DNA of 64,000 nucleotides from NCBI RefSeq assembly GCF_057098645.1, contig NZ_CM169472.1; one strand, 5' to 3'. Shown piece by piece: positions 1 to 12,491 of this stretch (position 1 is its first letter; each line of letters starts with the position of its first letter). The notes under the pieces were generated by a model. It saw only the letters and a program-made list of their open reading frames with translations, ran no database searches and was not told where the DNA came from. The position numbers and the translations under genes were made by a program.

Positions 1-3000
1 TATTTACGATCGTTGATACTGTTTTTATCCGGTGTGCTGGAGTCGTATGTTTTTTGCACTGGCCAGCCATCAATGGCATGGCCCTGCCAACTGCTGGAAA
101 GGGCGACCAGCGCATCCTGAGTAGGGATGTATTCCGCACCGCAGCCATTCTTACTGGCATCACCAGCTTGTGCCAAGGTAAACAGTGCCCACGTTTCGTT
201 ATCCTCGTCCTGGGACTTACGCTTGTTGGTCACCGCAAGCTCGGCAAACAGTAATGGACGTTTAAAGGTCAGCTCGCCCGCAGTCAGTGTTTCCGGCATG
301 TGACCCCACATCTTCGCCTTGTCAGTATCCGGGCTGGTGGGTACAGTAAAAATGGTGTCCATCGACGCATTTATCGTTGGATCAGAATAGAGCGCTGCAG
401 TGAGCGCTGTTTTGGTGCCATGGGTATCCGGACGAGTGATGGTCAGAATTTTGCTGCCATCAGCGTCGGTTAACGCGGCGTATGCGGTGGCAGAGTCATT
501 CAGTGACGCTTCATCGGACATTCCTGCATCAACCACTACTGGCGAGACAATATTGTCACTACCTGCGACATGTCTTTCATTATTTCGGGTATAGCCATCG
601 CCACGTTTCAGGGTAAACGGCATTCCCGGCATAGGGTTGCCCGCTGTATCTTTCACCGTGACTTTCACTTGTAACGTTTCGCCTTTTTTCAGTTTTGCCG
701 CATTAAGCGTGCTATTCCACTGTGCCTGATCCACGACTTCCAGCGTAATGGTGCTGGCAGGTGGGTTGGCGTCCTTCAGGCAACTCATATATACCCGATC
801 ATTGCCCGTATTCTGAACATTGCCATTATTCAGCCAGACTGAGGCAAGGTGCGGGACTTTATCAATCGGCGTGCTGCTCCAGTACTCTTTAAATACCGTA
901 GGCCAGCCGTGATTGGTTAGGATCCTGTTATTACTGTTCGCATTGTACAACGCAGTCAGTTGTGTTTGACGCGGTACTTTCCGGGTTTCACACCCGCCCG
1001 CCGACGTGTTTTCGATATCGGCCTGTGCGACGATCACCCATTTTTCGTTATTTTCCTCACGCGAGTCTTTGCCATTACTCACTTCCAACAATAATTTCGG
1101 GCGATTAAAGGTCGTGGAGTCAACGGTTATCGTGTCGTCCATGTGCCCCCACATTCTCGCTCCCATCACATCCGGGCTGGTGGGAACGGTAAAGATCACA
1201 TAATAGTTAATAGTGTTCGGCAAAACTGAATTAGGAGGCGTGACAACAAGTCGCGTTCTTAAGCCAACGCCTTGTGGCTGCTCAACAACAACGGTTGCCT
1301 GCCCCTGTGCGTCTGTAATACCGGAGTAAACCATTGAGGATTGTGAGGTACCGTACTGCGTCCCATTCAGGGTTATTGCGCCGTTACTGGGATCGGTAAA
1401 CCCGGTTGCGCTTTCTTCACGGTCAAGACTGATATCTTTGGTAATAGTAAAAGCCGTGAACGGCACCCGCTCGCCATTCAGAGCATTAACTGTGCGCACC
1501 GTCATGGTGATTTGTTCACCGACTTTCGCCCGTGCCAGGCTGCCCGAGGTAGTATCACGATCGGTTGTCACTTCAACCTTCGCCACCATCTCATTACCAG
1601 AGCACGAGAGATAGTTTTGTTTAAAACCGCTATAACTGTCGACGTTCCCTGTTCCGAGGTTTACCGATGAATGCGTTGTCTGCTCCGCGGCAGTTAAATA
1701 GTCCTTTACTGCGGTTGGCCAGCCATACTCAGTCCCGATGATATTGCCAGGGTAAGCCGAATACAGACTTTCCAGTGAGATCTCACGCGGTATATGCCCC
1801 GTGCCGCATTCTGCCTGCATACTGGTATTTTGATCGAATAACGCCCAGTCTTCGTTATTTTCCCGTACTGTGCCTACTTCATGCGTGGTTTCAGCCGCCA
1901 GCAGCGGTCGTTTATATAAACTGCCAGCGTCAATAATGCCGTGCATATGACCCCACATCCGCGCATATTCGCTGTCGGGGCTGGTCACCACCGTAAAGAT
2001 CACATCTTTGGCATCTTCCGCATTGAAATTACTGCGCATTTTCGCCGTAATATGCGTTTTAACACCTGCGCCTTCAGGCTGTGTCAACTGCAGAGTTGCC
2101 TGACCATTGACGTCGGTCATTCCCTCATAATTATGATCATCTACCTTTTGCAGGTTGGTGCCGCCGGAAATTTGTACCGGATGCGCTTCCCACGCAGGGT
2201 CGGTTTGATTTTTGCGGTTAACGCCGTCATCGAGATGCAGCGAGAAGTAGTAATAAGCCAGCGGCTGATTGTTATTTTTTTTATCGGTAATGGTCAGGCG
2301 CATCGTAGTGCTGTCACCGACCTCTGCCTTCGCGGCATTTATACTTTCATCAAAGTTACTGGGCGTGAGCACCAACTCTGGCTCAACATCGGGTTCTGCT
2401 TTATCCACACAGCTCACGATATACTTTGTACTGTCTGGTTTTTGCGCTTCGCTGCGGTTAGACACATCAGCCGCGTGGTGCTGCCCGGTACTTCCTGCCA
2501 GAGATGACCAGTAATAATCACCCTGCATCGGCCAACCGGCGGTCTCCTGAATAGAGTTAGGGATCACCGTAGCCAGCGCGCCAAACTGGCGCATGCCAGG
2601 CAAAATATCGCAGTGGTTATCTGCGCCACTCCAGGTGAAGGTCGACCAGGTTTCACCGTGATCATTCACGCTGCCATCTTCGTTATCAACTTCCGCCGCC
2701 AATTTCGGACGACTAAAGGTGTAATTCATGGCCGTCAGGGTTTCCGCCATATGGCCCCACATATTGGCCTGCGGGGCATCCGGGCTGGTGAGTACAGTAA
2801 ATATCACCGCCGTTTCACTGGTTTGCGAGATGCCAGAAAGGGTGACCACCAGCGGCGTTTTGACACCTGGACCATTGGGCTGCGTCACCGTGACGGTAGC
2901 TGCGCCATCAGCATTAGTCGTGCCCCGATACTCCGTTGCTGTGGTGGTGAGTTCAGTGGTATCAAGATTGACAGGTGAGGTGTTATTCACCACTCCCTGG

Positions 3001-3752
3001 CGGTTTTCAGCATCTTTTCGTTTGATAACAAAAGGGATATTGCCCGCAATATTACCTTCACAATCTTGGGGGGTTACGGTTAAGGTGATTGAACCATCGA
3101 CAGTAGTCTTTGCCGCTTGTAACGTATCGTCATAGCCACTGGCGCTAATTGTCACCAGGTCGCCCTGGGCGGGAGCAATATTCAGCGTCACTTTATGTTC
3201 AGCCAACGGCACCGTCCCCTGATTAGGCACACCAGTTAACGTGTAGAGGTAGAGTAAAGGTAGCGCTTCCTGCTCATTGATTCGCGGCCACGCCACCAAA
3301 GAACGCCCTGCCAGATTCTGCGCGCAGAAAGAGCGGTCCGGGCGCGGTTGTGGGCTGAGCGGCGTATCTGGCGTCGCGGCATCCGCCCACACAAGAGATA
3401 CAGCAGGAGGCGTCTGGTTTTGCCAGCCTAGCACGGGGGGATTAGAAAAAAGATCGCCTTCAGGATCGTGAGGGTTAACCAGAATCATTCTCGCCGCTGT
3501 GTCATCAACACTGAATGCGATGGGTTTTACAGATGCCTGAATGTCGTAGGTTTTGCTCGGATCAAGCTGAACGCTTCCCTGATAAACGGGTACGCTGGCG
3601 CTCTCTGCCCCGGGCACTGTGCCATTGATTGCGTCGGTCGAGATGCCAGTTTGTTGCCACTGGCCACCTTTTAATACTGCCCCAACCTGAAAAGAGAGGA
3701 AGAGCAGAAAAACCGCCGTTATCGCTTTTATCAGTTTCAAAGTCCCGTCCAT
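1..3752 (-). CDS. Giant secreted repeat-domain surface protein, RatA/RatB-like (5' end plus >1,250 codons; 3' end lies beyond window start)
   Basis: Minus-strand ATG at 3752 (plus 'cat' 3750-3752) with signal-peptide-like N-terminus [25 protein letters not shown]; hand translation stays in one frame to position 1; about four ~270-aa tandem units each ending ...FTV(L/V/P)TSPD...MWGHM. Absent from ORF track because no stop codon falls inside the window. Confidence 0.72.
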   Translation of the reverse strand, partial: MDGTLKLIKAITAVFLLFLSFQVGAVLKGGQWQQTGISTDAINGTVPGAESASVPVYQGSVQLDPSKTYDIQASVKPIAFSVDDTAARMILVNPHDPEGDLFSNPPVLGWQNQTPPAVSLVWADAATPDTPLSPQPRPDRSFCAQNLAGRSLVAWPRINEQEALPLLYLYTLTGVPNQGTVPLAEHKVTLNIAPAQGDLVTISASGYDDTLQAAKTTVDGSITLTVTPQDCEGNIAGNIPFVIKRKDAENRQGVVNNTSPVNLDTTELTTTATEYRGTTNADGAATVTVTQPNGPGVKTPLVVTLSGISQTSETAVIFTVLTSPDAPQANMWGHMAETLTAMNYTFSRPKLAAEVDNEDGSVNDHGETWSTFTWSGADNHCDILPGMRQFGALATVIPNSIQETAGWPMQGDYYWSSLAGSTGQHHAADVSNRSEAQKPDSTKYIVSCVDKAEPDVEPELVLTPSNFDESINAAKAEVGDSTTMRLTITDKKNNNQPLAYYYFSLHLDDGVNRKNQTDPAWEAHPVQISGGTNLQKVDDHNYEGMTDVNGQATLQLTQPEGAGVKTHITAKMRSNFNAEDAKDVIFTVVTSPDSEYARMWGHMHGIIDAGSLYKRPLLAAETTHEVGTVRENNEDWALFDQNTSMQAECGTGHIPREISLESLYSAYPGNIIGTEYGWPTAVKDYLTAAEQTTHSSVNLGTGNVDSYSGFKQNYLSCSGNEMVAKVEVTTDRDTTSGSLARAKVGEQITMTVRTVNALNGERVPFTAFTITKDISLDREESATGFTDPSNGAITLNGTQYGTSQSSMVYSGITDAQGQATVVVEQPQGVGLRTRLVVTPPNSVLPNTINYYVIFTVPTSPDVMGARMWGHMDDTITVDSTTFNRPKLLLEVSNGKDSREENNEKWVIVAQADIENTSAGGCETRKVPRQTQLTALYNANSNNRILTNHGWPTVFKEYWSSTPIDKVPHLASVWLNNGNVQNTGNDRVYMSCLKDANPPASTITLEVVDQAQWNSTLNAAKLKKGETLQVKVTVKDTAGNPMPGMPFTLKRGDGYTRNNERHVAGSDNIVSPVVVDAGMSDEASLNDSATAYAALTDADGSKILTITRPDTHGTKTALTAALYSDPTINASMDTIFTVPTSPDTDKAKMWGHMPETLTAGELTFKRPLLFAELAVTNKRKSQDEDNETWALFTLAQAGDASKNGCGAEYIPTQDALVALSSSWQGHAIDGWPVQKTYDSSTPDKNSINDRK

Positions 3753-3891
3753 GATTGAAACCTGCCCGTTTAAAGTTATTTTTTCACTTCAACCCACTTT
3801 GCTTAACGCTGGCTAAGCAAAGTGTGCGGAGAAGCACCATTCATTCCCTTGCTGAAATGACCAGATTGTTGACAAAGTGCGCGTTATTCAT

Positions 3892-3990
3892 GCCGGATGC
3901 GGCGTTAACGCCTTATCCGACCTACAAAATCGTGCAAATTCAATACATTGCAGGAACCATGTAGGCCTGATAAGCGAAGCACATCAGGCA
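3892..3990. repeat. REP/BIME-type palindromic units in ratA-like/sivI-like intergenic region
   Basis: gccggatgcggcgttaacgccttatccgacctac and gtaggcctgataagcgaagcacatcaggca match the enterobacterial REP consensus family. Confidence 0.6.
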
Positions 3991-4046
3991 GTTTTGCCTT
4001 TGTCATCAATCTGACCATTCCCTTGCGGGAATGGTGCTGGTAAAGA

Positions 4047-5012
4047 TTATTTTCTCTGGTAATCGATGGACAAACCGTAGCCCTGAACACCATCCGCGCC
4101 AAGGGTGAGGCCACCTTCGCTGTAGTCGAACGCAGTTTTCGCTTCGGCGTTGGTAACTGGGATAACCAGGTCGCTGTTGTTGTAGCTCGGGTTGACAATC
4201 CCGCCGTTGGTACGCAGTTGCAGACTGGTACCGGTAAAGCGCCAGCGGTAGTTGTACTGGCTGGTAACCTCTTCGCCAGTGTCGTAGGAGCCGTTGCTGT
4301 TTTTATCTTTCCACAGCATGACCTGATAAGTGGTATTGGTTTTGAGTTTGGTTTCTTTGCCCAGCAGGTTGGTGTTAACACCCTGCTCATGAATGACAAC
4401 TTTAACCGCATCGTCAAATACCGGACCTTCCGGAATATCATCGCTGTCAGAACCACCGCCCGCGTTGGTGGAGAGGTCTAACAGGATCAGTTGTTCTGCA
4501 ACGTTAGGATCACCGGTCGTGGTGGTCGGGGTAATTTTCAAACCGATGTAGCGATCGGCATCCGCTGCGGCAATGGTATAGGTGTCACTGCCCGTTGTAC
4601 CGATCTCTTTCGGATCACCCCCCGCCTGGTCGCTATAGCTCATCCATTGCAGCGTCGCTTTGGTTGCAGTGTTGTTGTCGTCAAGGTCGCCCTGGGTATC
4701 GCCAATGGCCCAGTTTGCAGTTAACTTGTCACCAATATGAAATTGCTTCTCGCCATCGGTTGAAGCAGAACGTCCGCCACGATCAACGGTAATGGACACA
4801 TGAGATTTATCAGCATCGATGATTTCCGTCGCGCTACGAGTGATCCACGGCACTGTACCCTGAATCGTTCCGGTAGTTTCTGTCTCTGATTGCCACTGAC
4901 CCGCCCTAAGGTTGCCCTGCCCTTCTGCCATAGCAGCAGGCACTGCGCAGTATCCCGCTAAAGCCAGCGCCAGCGCGACTTTAGTCATCGGTCGCTTTAA
5001 ATAGTGTTTCAT
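4047..5012 (-). CDS. SivI/SinI-like secreted protein (paralog of the SinH passenger C-terminal domain)
   Basis: 321-aa track ORF; strong SD aaggagag 7 nt upstream of ATG 5012; signal peptide MTKVALALALAGYCAVPAAMA; C-terminus (YRWRFTG...DLVIPVTNAEA...DGVQGYGLSIDY) aligns with C-terminus of the adjacent sinH-like gene. Confidence 0.75.
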   Translation of the reverse strand: MKHYLKRPMTKVALALALAGYCAVPAAMAEGQGNLRAGQWQSETETTGTIQGTVPWITRSATEIIDADKSHVSITVDRGGRSASTDGEKQFHIGDKLTANWAIGDTQGDLDDNNTATKATLQWMSYSDQAGGDPKEIGTTGSDTYTIAAADADRYIGLKITPTTTTGDPNVAEQLILLDLSTNAGGGSDSDDIPEGPVFDDAVKVVIHEQGVNTNLLGKETKLKTNTTYQVMLWKDKNSNGSYDTGEEVTSQYNYRWRFTGTSLQLRTNGGIVNPSYNNSDLVIPVTNAEAKTAFDYSEGGLTLGADGVQGYGLSIDYQRK

Positions 5013-6693
5013 TCAACTCTCTCCTTGATTAATTTCCAGCGACTGGCCGATCGGCCATTACGCCGATCTAGTGCTTGCTGTAAACCACACGTAATCCATA
5101 CCCCTGCACGCCATCCTCTTTTTGGGCACCAAATTTCTGTACCGCTTCCTCGTTAGTGGCAGGGATGACAATATCTTCATTACTGGTATTCGATTGCGCA
5201 CCGGTGTAGCCATTGACGCTGTGTCCGGTAAATTCCCACTGGTAGTCGTATTGCGCCATTTCTTCTTCCGTCAGTTTTTCCGACTGCTGGAAAACGCCAT
5301 CTTTGTTGACATCGCGCCACAGGACAAAACGATAGGCGTTATCAACAGGCAAATGCTCTTTCTCATTGCCGATAAGATTGATGGGGTTAGTCGCGGATAC
5401 ACGGTAGATAAAGGCATTAACATCATTGCCCCCCGCGCCGAGGAAAGTCACATCGACATAGTTACTATCGTCATACGGTGCGGCCTTTGCTTTCCAGCGG
5501 AAGGTGCCGGGCAAAGTACTGGAGAGGGTGACGGTTCCTTTCTCTTTATCTTGCTTCGCGATAAAGACGCACGGGTTATCGGTCGAGCAGGGTTTATTGG
5601 TGAGGGTGACTTTTTTATCCTGAGCATCGTAAAGCTGCGGACTCAGGCCATCTTCCGGCAGCGCATTACCGTTACGGTCAGTGTCATCACCAAAGCTATC
5701 GGTAACATCGAGATCCATCACCACGCCATCGACGCCATCCGCCTGAGCGCTGGCTTCATGACTGTGATTGTTTTCATCCGGCACATCCGCAATGTTGTTG
5801 ACGATCAGTTCAATTTTGCGATCCTGCTGAACGGTGATTTCCACCACGCCGGAGTTTTGCCGGTTGCCTTTTTCATCTTCCAGAGCCAGACGCACGCGCC
5901 AGGTATTGAGTTTTTCCTGTTCGGCGGGATCAGAGCTGTACTGCCAGGCTGGCAGCACCAGATTCCAGTGGTTGTTGTTCCCTTCCGTGAGGGTATTTTC
6001 TTTGATAACCGGCATCACCAGAGTACGCGCAGCGTTGTTTTTCGCCTGTCAAGAGGCGACGACAATCTTATAGTGATGATTGATTAGCGCATTGATTGTC
6101 CACTTACATTTTTCCAGCCCTACCGCAGCTTCGGGGGTGTCCTTGATGACACAATCCGGGTGTTCATTGGTGGCGTCAGCCTTCAGCCACAACGTAACGT
6201 CGAGAGGATCTTTTTCTTTATATTCCAGAACAATAAAATTATTGCGCTCAACAAAGTCATGGCGGCTGCCCATCAGCGAGTGAGCTGCTTTGACGTTATC
6301 GCTATTCAGTTGATCTTTTAGCGGAACACCGAACTGATAGTTAATCGTGGCGTTAACGCTAAGATCACTGTTATCTCCGGTACCTGCTTTATAATCCGTC
6401 CCGACCGTCAGTAACGGAACGGGTTGATAGTTCACGCCAAGCGTCACTGCATAGGGATCTTTTTCTAAATTATCGGTGCCGATGAGCGCCACTTCGTCAC
6501 CATAATATTGCTCGAAAACAATTTTGCTCCCCAGCTGAGGATAAGAAGGTAGCCAGGCTTCCGCCCGGACATCCCAGCCACGTGCGGGTCGTTCTAAATA
6601 GAAATCAAAATCTTTTGAATCTTTCCACTCTGAAAGCGGATGATAATAGTTACCAGAAAATTTTAAATAATCCGTCCAGGCTTCTGTTCCTAA

Positions 6694-7889
<1,196 letters not shown>

Positions 7890-8427
7890 CTAAGCCTAAA
7901 CGGCGATGTCCGCGGGTGAAATCATAATCATAAAATATATTCCCCCCCAGAAGCCATTTATCAAAATTATGTCTTACACCTAAACCTATATTACCTATCG
8001 TGCGTTCTTCTTTTCGTTGCGCAGAAAACTGACTGAAATAGACTGTGCTCTGATTGTCATACCAGGGAACAAAATAGTCGATCGAACTGCCGTCCAGATC
8101 GCCACCCTGACCGATGGAAAGGTTAGAGCGAACTTTACCATAAGGAGAAAGCGCACCTTCAATATAAGACTGTGCAGATGATGTGATTTGCCCTTGCAGA
8201 TAGCTTCTCGCCTGGGATTCAAGAGCTTCTGGAGTCAGGTTCTCAAAGCCCTGCTGGGCGGACTCGGTAACGTAATTGGCACCACGTTCCTTGAAAGATT
8301 TGCCTTTGTTACTTTGTTCCTCTTGTTGAGCCGTTTCGCTTGCCAGATCAGGTAATGAAGATTCGCTTTGCTGGTGATGCTGCCAACTTACTGATTTAGT
8401 GTATGATGGTGTTTTTGAGGTGCTCCA

Positions 8428-8703
8428 GTGGCTTCTGTTTCTATCAGCTGTCCCTCCTGTTCAGCTACTGACGGGGTGGTGCGTAACGGCAAAAGCACTG
8501 CCGGACATCAGCGCTATCTCTGCTCTCACTGCCGTAAAACATGGCAACTGCAGTTCACTTACACCGCTTCTCAACCCGGTACGCACCAGAAAATCATTGA
8601 TATGGCCATGAATGGCGTTGGATGCCGGGCAACCGCCCGCATTATGGGCGTTGGCCTCAACACGATTTTCCGCCATTTAAAAAACTCAGGCCGCAGTCGG
8701 TAA
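8428..8703 (+). CDS. insA: IS1 InsA
   Basis: 91-aa [42 protein letters not shown]... Confidence 0.92.
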   Translation: MASVSISCPSCSATDGVVRNGKSTAGHQRYLCSHCRKTWQLQFTYTASQPGTHQKIIDMAMNGVGCRATARIMGVGLNTIFRHLKNSGRSR

Positions 8704-9125
8704 CCTCGCGCATACAGCCGGGCAGTGACGTCATCGTCTGCGCGGAAATGGACGAACAGTGGGGATACGTCGGGGCTAAATCGCGCCAGCGCTGGCTGTT
8801 TTACGCGTATGACAGGCTCCGGAAGACGGTTGTTGCGCACGTATTCGGTGAACGCACTATGGCGACGCTGGGGCGTCTTATGAGCCTGCTGTCACCCTTT
8901 GACGTGGTGATATGGATGACGGATGGCTGGCCGCTGTATGAATCCCGCCTGAAGGGAAAGCTGCACGTAATCAGCAAGCGATATACGCAGCGAATTGAGC
9001 GGCATAACCTGAATCTGAGGCAGCACCTGGCACGGCTGGGACGGAAGTCGCTGTCGTTCTCAAAATCGGTGGAGCTGCATGACAAAGTCATCGGGCATTA
9101 TCTGAACATAAAACACTATCAATAA
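8622..9125 (+). CDS. insB: IS1 InsB reading frame (expressed as InsAB' transposase by -1 frameshift at the ttaaaaaactc slippery site ~8672-8682)
   Basis: 167-aa track ORF overlapping insA; A6C slippery motif present. Confidence 0.85.
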   Translation: MPGNRPHYGRWPQHDFPPFKKLRPQSVTSRIQPGSDVIVCAEMDEQWGYVGAKSRQRWLFYAYDRLRKTVVAHVFGERTMATLGRLMSLLSPFDVVIWMTDGWPLYESRLKGKLHVISKRYTQRIERHNLNLRQHLARLGRKSLSFSKSVELHDKVIGHYLNIKHYQ

Positions 9126-9434
9126 GTTGGAGTCATTACCCGCTTTGCTTAATATTTATCTCCGGTGCCGCATAAGCAGCACCAGAAATAACGATTAGCG
9201 TTATATAGCGAATCCATCGCAGCATGTTTTTCCCTGTGAAAATTTAATTCTGAAATAATGTCTAATATTGTATTCCAGATAGCACAGGAACTGCACTCCA
9301 TAAGTGCTAAATATAATCTTAAAATTATAAGAATGTGACTTCACACATTTTTAATTAGTCGTTAATCTAATAGGAAAGAGATTATAATATTTATATTAGG
9401 AATATATAATGTGAAATCATATATTCCAGTGATA

Positions 9435-9650
9435 TTAAACAATGACAAATTCAATACGGGTTTTAGAAATTAAACCGTGACCATGCTGGCAGAAATAATC
9501 CACCGCACCACACGCTTTTAATACCTGCAAAGGTTGGTGGCAGTCAGGACAAAGAGCCTGGACTATGAAATCTTTGTTACACGTTGCGCAGTGAGTAGCC
9601 TCGCCATTACGTTCGAGAGGGTTTTGGCAGATTGGGCAGCTGAGTTCCAT
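9435..9650 (-). CDS. yfgJ: YfgJ, small zinc-ribbon protein
   Basis: 71-aa ORF with four CxxC motifs; SD gagga upstream. Confidence 0.85.
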   Translation of the reverse strand: MELSCPICQNPLERNGEATHCATCNKDFIVQALCPDCHQPLQVLKACGAVDYFCQHGHGLISKTRIEFVIV

Positions 9651-9712
9651 AAATGATCCTCACATTTTTATGGATTTCCCTCTCCATATGGAAAGGGAAA
9701 CCAGATAAGTAA

Positions 9713-11185
9713 TTACTTACTTTTCTTGATATGCTTCATCAGGCGCTTACGCTTGCGCATCTGGGTCGGCGTCAGGGTGTTACGCTTATTCGCATACGGG
9801 TTTTCCCCTTCTTTGAACTGAATACGAATCGGCGTCCCCATCACATCCAGAGACTTGCGGAAATAGTTCATCAAATAACGCTTGTAAGAATCCGGCAGGT
9901 CTTTTACCTGGTTACCGTGAATCACCACAATCGGCGGGTTATAACCACCAGCGTGGGCATATTTCAGCTTCACACGACGACCGCGTACCAGCGGCGGTTG
10001 GTGATCTTCAACAGCCATCGTCATGATGCGCGTCAGCATAGAGGTCCCCACACGACGGGTGGAGCTGTCATACGCTTCACGTACTGATTCAAACAAGTTA
10101 CCAACACCACTGCCGTGCAAGGCAGAGATAAAGTGCACACGAGCAAAATCGATAAAGCCCAGACGGAAGTCCAGCGTTTCTTTCACCTGCTCTTTCACTT
10201 CCTGACTCAGGCCATCCCACTTATTCACCACAATGACAAGTGAGCGCCCACTATTGAGAATAAAGCCCAGCAGCGAGAGATCCTGATCGGAAATACCTTC
10301 GCGCGCATCAATCACTAACATCACCACGTTGGCATCTTCAATGGACTGCAACGTTTTGATTACGGAGAATTTCTCTACAGCATCGGTGATTTTGCCGCGT
10401 TTACGTACGCCAGCGGTGTCAATGAGCACATACTCACGTCCATCGCGTTCCATTGGGATGTAGATGCTGTCACGCGTCGTGCCAGGCATGTCGTAAACAA
10501 CAACGCGCTCTTCACCAAGAATACGGTTAGTGAGTGTAGACTTACCTACGTTCGGACGACCCACAATCGCCAGTTTGATCGGCAGACTTTGCGGGTCGAA
10601 GTCGTCTTCCTCTTCTTCTTCGCCGTTCTCTTCCGCTTCAAATTGCGCCCAGTATTCAGCGTCTTCGTCGACTTCCTCTTGCGGTGCGAGATCTTCCATC
10701 CACGGCAGCAGCACATGCTCCAGCAGACTTAATACGCCACGACCGTGAGACGCGGCGATCGGGTAGATTTCACCTAAACCAAGCGAGTAGAAATCAACCA
10801 CTGCCTGATCGGGATCCAGACCGTCAGTTTTGTTTGCCACCAGGAAGGTCGGTTTTTCACGGGAGCGCAGATGTTTGGCAATCGCTTCATCTGCCGGCAT
10901 CAGGCCCGCGCGCGCATCCACCATAAACAGTACGACGTCCGCTTCTTCAATCGCCAGCAGCGACTGTTCCGCCATGCGGGTTTCTACACCGTCTTCTGTG
11001 CCATCAATCCCGCCGGTATCAATACAGATAAACTCACGGCCTTCAATTTCCGCACGACCGTACTTACGGTCACGAGTCAGACCCGGGAAATCCGCAACCA
11101 GCGCATCTCGGGTGCGAGTTAGACGGTTAAATAACGTGGATTTTCCTACGTTAGGGCGCCCGACAAGCGCGACCACAGGTACCAT
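9713..11185 (-). CDS. der: GTPase Der (EngA), ribosome biogenesis
   Basis: Two GTPase domains (GRPNVGKST twice); start trimmed to MVPVVALVG with SD gagg; 490 aa. Confidence 0.95.
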   Translation of the reverse strand: MVPVVALVGRPNVGKSTLFNRLTRTRDALVADFPGLTRDRKYGRAEIEGREFICIDTGGIDGTEDGVETRMAEQSLLAIEEADVVLFMVDARAGLMPADEAIAKHLRSREKPTFLVANKTDGLDPDQAVVDFYSLGLGEIYPIAASHGRGVLSLLEHVLLPWMEDLAPQEEVDEDAEYWAQFEAEENGEEEEEDDFDPQSLPIKLAIVGRPNVGKSTLTNRILGEERVVVYDMPGTTRDSIYIPMERDGREYVLIDTAGVRKRGKITDAVEKFSVIKTLQSIEDANVVMLVIDAREGISDQDLSLLGFILNSGRSLVIVVNKWDGLSQEVKEQVKETLDFRLGFIDFARVHFISALHGSGVGNLFESVREAYDSSTRRVGTSMLTRIMTMAVEDHQPPLVRGRRVKLKYAHAGGYNPPIVVIHGNQVKDLPDSYKRYLMNYFRKSLDVMGTPIRIQFKEGENPYANKRNTLTPTQMRKRKRLMKHIKKSK

Positions 11186-11302
11186 GTTTAAAGCCTCATT
11201 TTTATAAATCATCAGACAACGCACGCTATATTCGCGTCGTTGTTAAAAACAGGAAAACGGCCCCTGTCCAGGAGCCGTTTTCAAAGTGAACGGCAGAGAC
11301 GA

Positions 11303-12481
11303 TTAACGTGTAATAGAGTACACGGTTCCGTCTTTTGCCTGGATCAGCAGTTTGCCGTCAGCGGCAACCGGTTCAGTCTGGAAACCGGAACTATCAACTT
11401 TTTGCTGGGCAACGAAACGACCATCTTCGACGTTAATCCAGTGCAGATAACCTTCACTGTCACCGACCACCAGGTTGCCATTATACAGCACCGGAGAAGT
11501 CAGCAGGCGATGTAGCAGATCACTTTGTGTCCACAGCGTAACGCCGCCATCAATGGTCAACGCCATCACCCGGTCATTTTGATCGACCAGATAGATGCGA
11601 TTGCCGTCGACGATGAAATCATTCACCGAACCCAGTTCGCGTTTCCACATAATCTGACCACTGCGCAGATCAAGCGCCGTCAGGTTACCATTATAGGCCA
11701 GCGCGAAAACAACGCCGTTAACAACGACGGGAGTCGTGTCAACATCGCTCAGACGGTCAATTTCGGTAGAACCGGTCGCCTGGGAAATACGCTGCTGCCA
11801 AATCATCTGGCCCTGTTCCATCAGCACTGCGCTGACGCGACCATTATCGCCCCCCACGACGGCCGCACCAAAAGCCGTTGCCGGCGCAGACTCGCCACGC
11901 AAAGAGAGCGAAGGCATATCGAGGTTAACTGTCCATTTGACAGCGCCGTCAGCTTCGTTCAGCGCTTGTAACTGACCGTTACTGGTGTGGATTAACACCA
12001 GACCGTCGCTGACCACCGGGCGCGAAAGTGCTTCACCCGCGACTTTAGTTTGCCATGCCACAGTACCATCGCTGGTATTCAGCGCGTAAACCTGCGCCTT
12101 TTCGCTGCCAATGTAGACATGCCCACCAGACACGGTCACACCGCCAGAAAGTAATGCAGGCTCTTTAGAGAACCAGCCATCTTTCTCGGCCAGGCTGACA
12201 GACCAGATTTCTTTGCCATCATCCGCATTCAGCGCTTTTACTAAACCAGCGCGGTCCGCTGCATAGACAACGTTGTCCGCCAGTGCCGGATGAAGATTGG
12301 AATAGAAGTTGCCAATGCCGCTACCAACGGAAGTGCTCCACGCCGTGGTCGGCGTAAACTGGTTTTCAACGGTTGGCAATGGGGACATCTTTACCACATC
12401 TTCTTCGCTGTTAAACAGCGAACAGCCGCTTAAAAGGGTAACGGAAAGCAGTCCTGGCAGCAGTAATTTACGCAATTGCAT
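11303..12481 (-). CDS. bamB: Outer membrane protein assembly factor BamB (lipoprotein, PQQ-like beta-propeller)
   Basis: 392-aa ORF, lipoprotein signal LLSGCSLF. Confidence 0.95.
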   Translation of the reverse strand: MQLRKLLLPGLLSVTLLSGCSLFNSEEDVVKMSPLPTVENQFTPTTAWSTSVGSGIGNFYSNLHPALADNVVYAADRAGLVKALNADDGKEIWSVSLAEKDGWFSKEPALLSGGVTVSGGHVYIGSEKAQVYALNTSDGTVAWQTKVAGEALSRPVVSDGLVLIHTSNGQLQALNEADGAVKWTVNLDMPSLSLRGESAPATAFGAAVVGGDNGRVSAVLMEQGQMIWQQRISQATGSTEIDRLSDVDTTPVVVNGVVFALAYNGNLTALDLRSGQIMWKRELGSVNDFIVDGNRIYLVDQNDRVMALTIDGGVTLWTQSDLLHRLLTSPVLYNGNLVVGDSEGYLHWINVEDGRFVAQQKVDSSGFQTEPVAADGKLLIQAKDGTVYSITR

Positions 12482-12491
12482 CGGGTCCCTC

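Larger units (their letters stand above)
8373..9140 (+). mobile_element. IS1 insertion sequence (768 bp)
   Basis: Left end ggtgatgctgccaacttactgat, right end atcaataagttggagtcattacc; 9-bp target duplication cgctttgct at 8364-8372 and 9141-9149; insA/insB inside. Confidence 0.95.

Noticed and set aside
1941..3135. Several plus-strand ORFs (1941..2507, 2613..2978, 2728..3135)
   Set aside because: All lie antisense to the continuous ratA-like frame and overlap one another in different frames.
3700..3720. Suspected +1 frameshift in an A-run just after the signal peptide of the ratA-like gene
   Set aside because: On recount anchored to track ORFs 3468..3674 and 3755..3964 the run is A5, not A6, and the frame from ATG 3752 is continuous; the frameshift was my transcription error.
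6049..6051. Selenocysteine recoding of the in-frame TGA
   Set aside because: No SECIS-like hairpin immediately downstream and no precedent in this protein family; nonsense mutation is the simpler explanation.
5122..6087. 321-aa plus-strand ORF
   Set aside because: Antisense to the sinH-like passenger region; Ile/Phe/Val-rich translation typical of reverse-frame artefacts.
7890..7925. Apparent TAG stops in the sinH-like frame just upstream of IS5
   Set aside because: Caused by mis-registering the sequence by one base; anchoring to track ORF 7724..7927 restores the frame (...DYDFTRGHRRLGLG).
9713..11224. N-terminally extended track ORFs (der, sseA, pepB, hscA, iscS, hcaR, yphC, yphG, glrR and others)
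   Set aside because: Extensions lack SD sequences and precede conserved N-termini that do have them; trimmed to the conserved starts.
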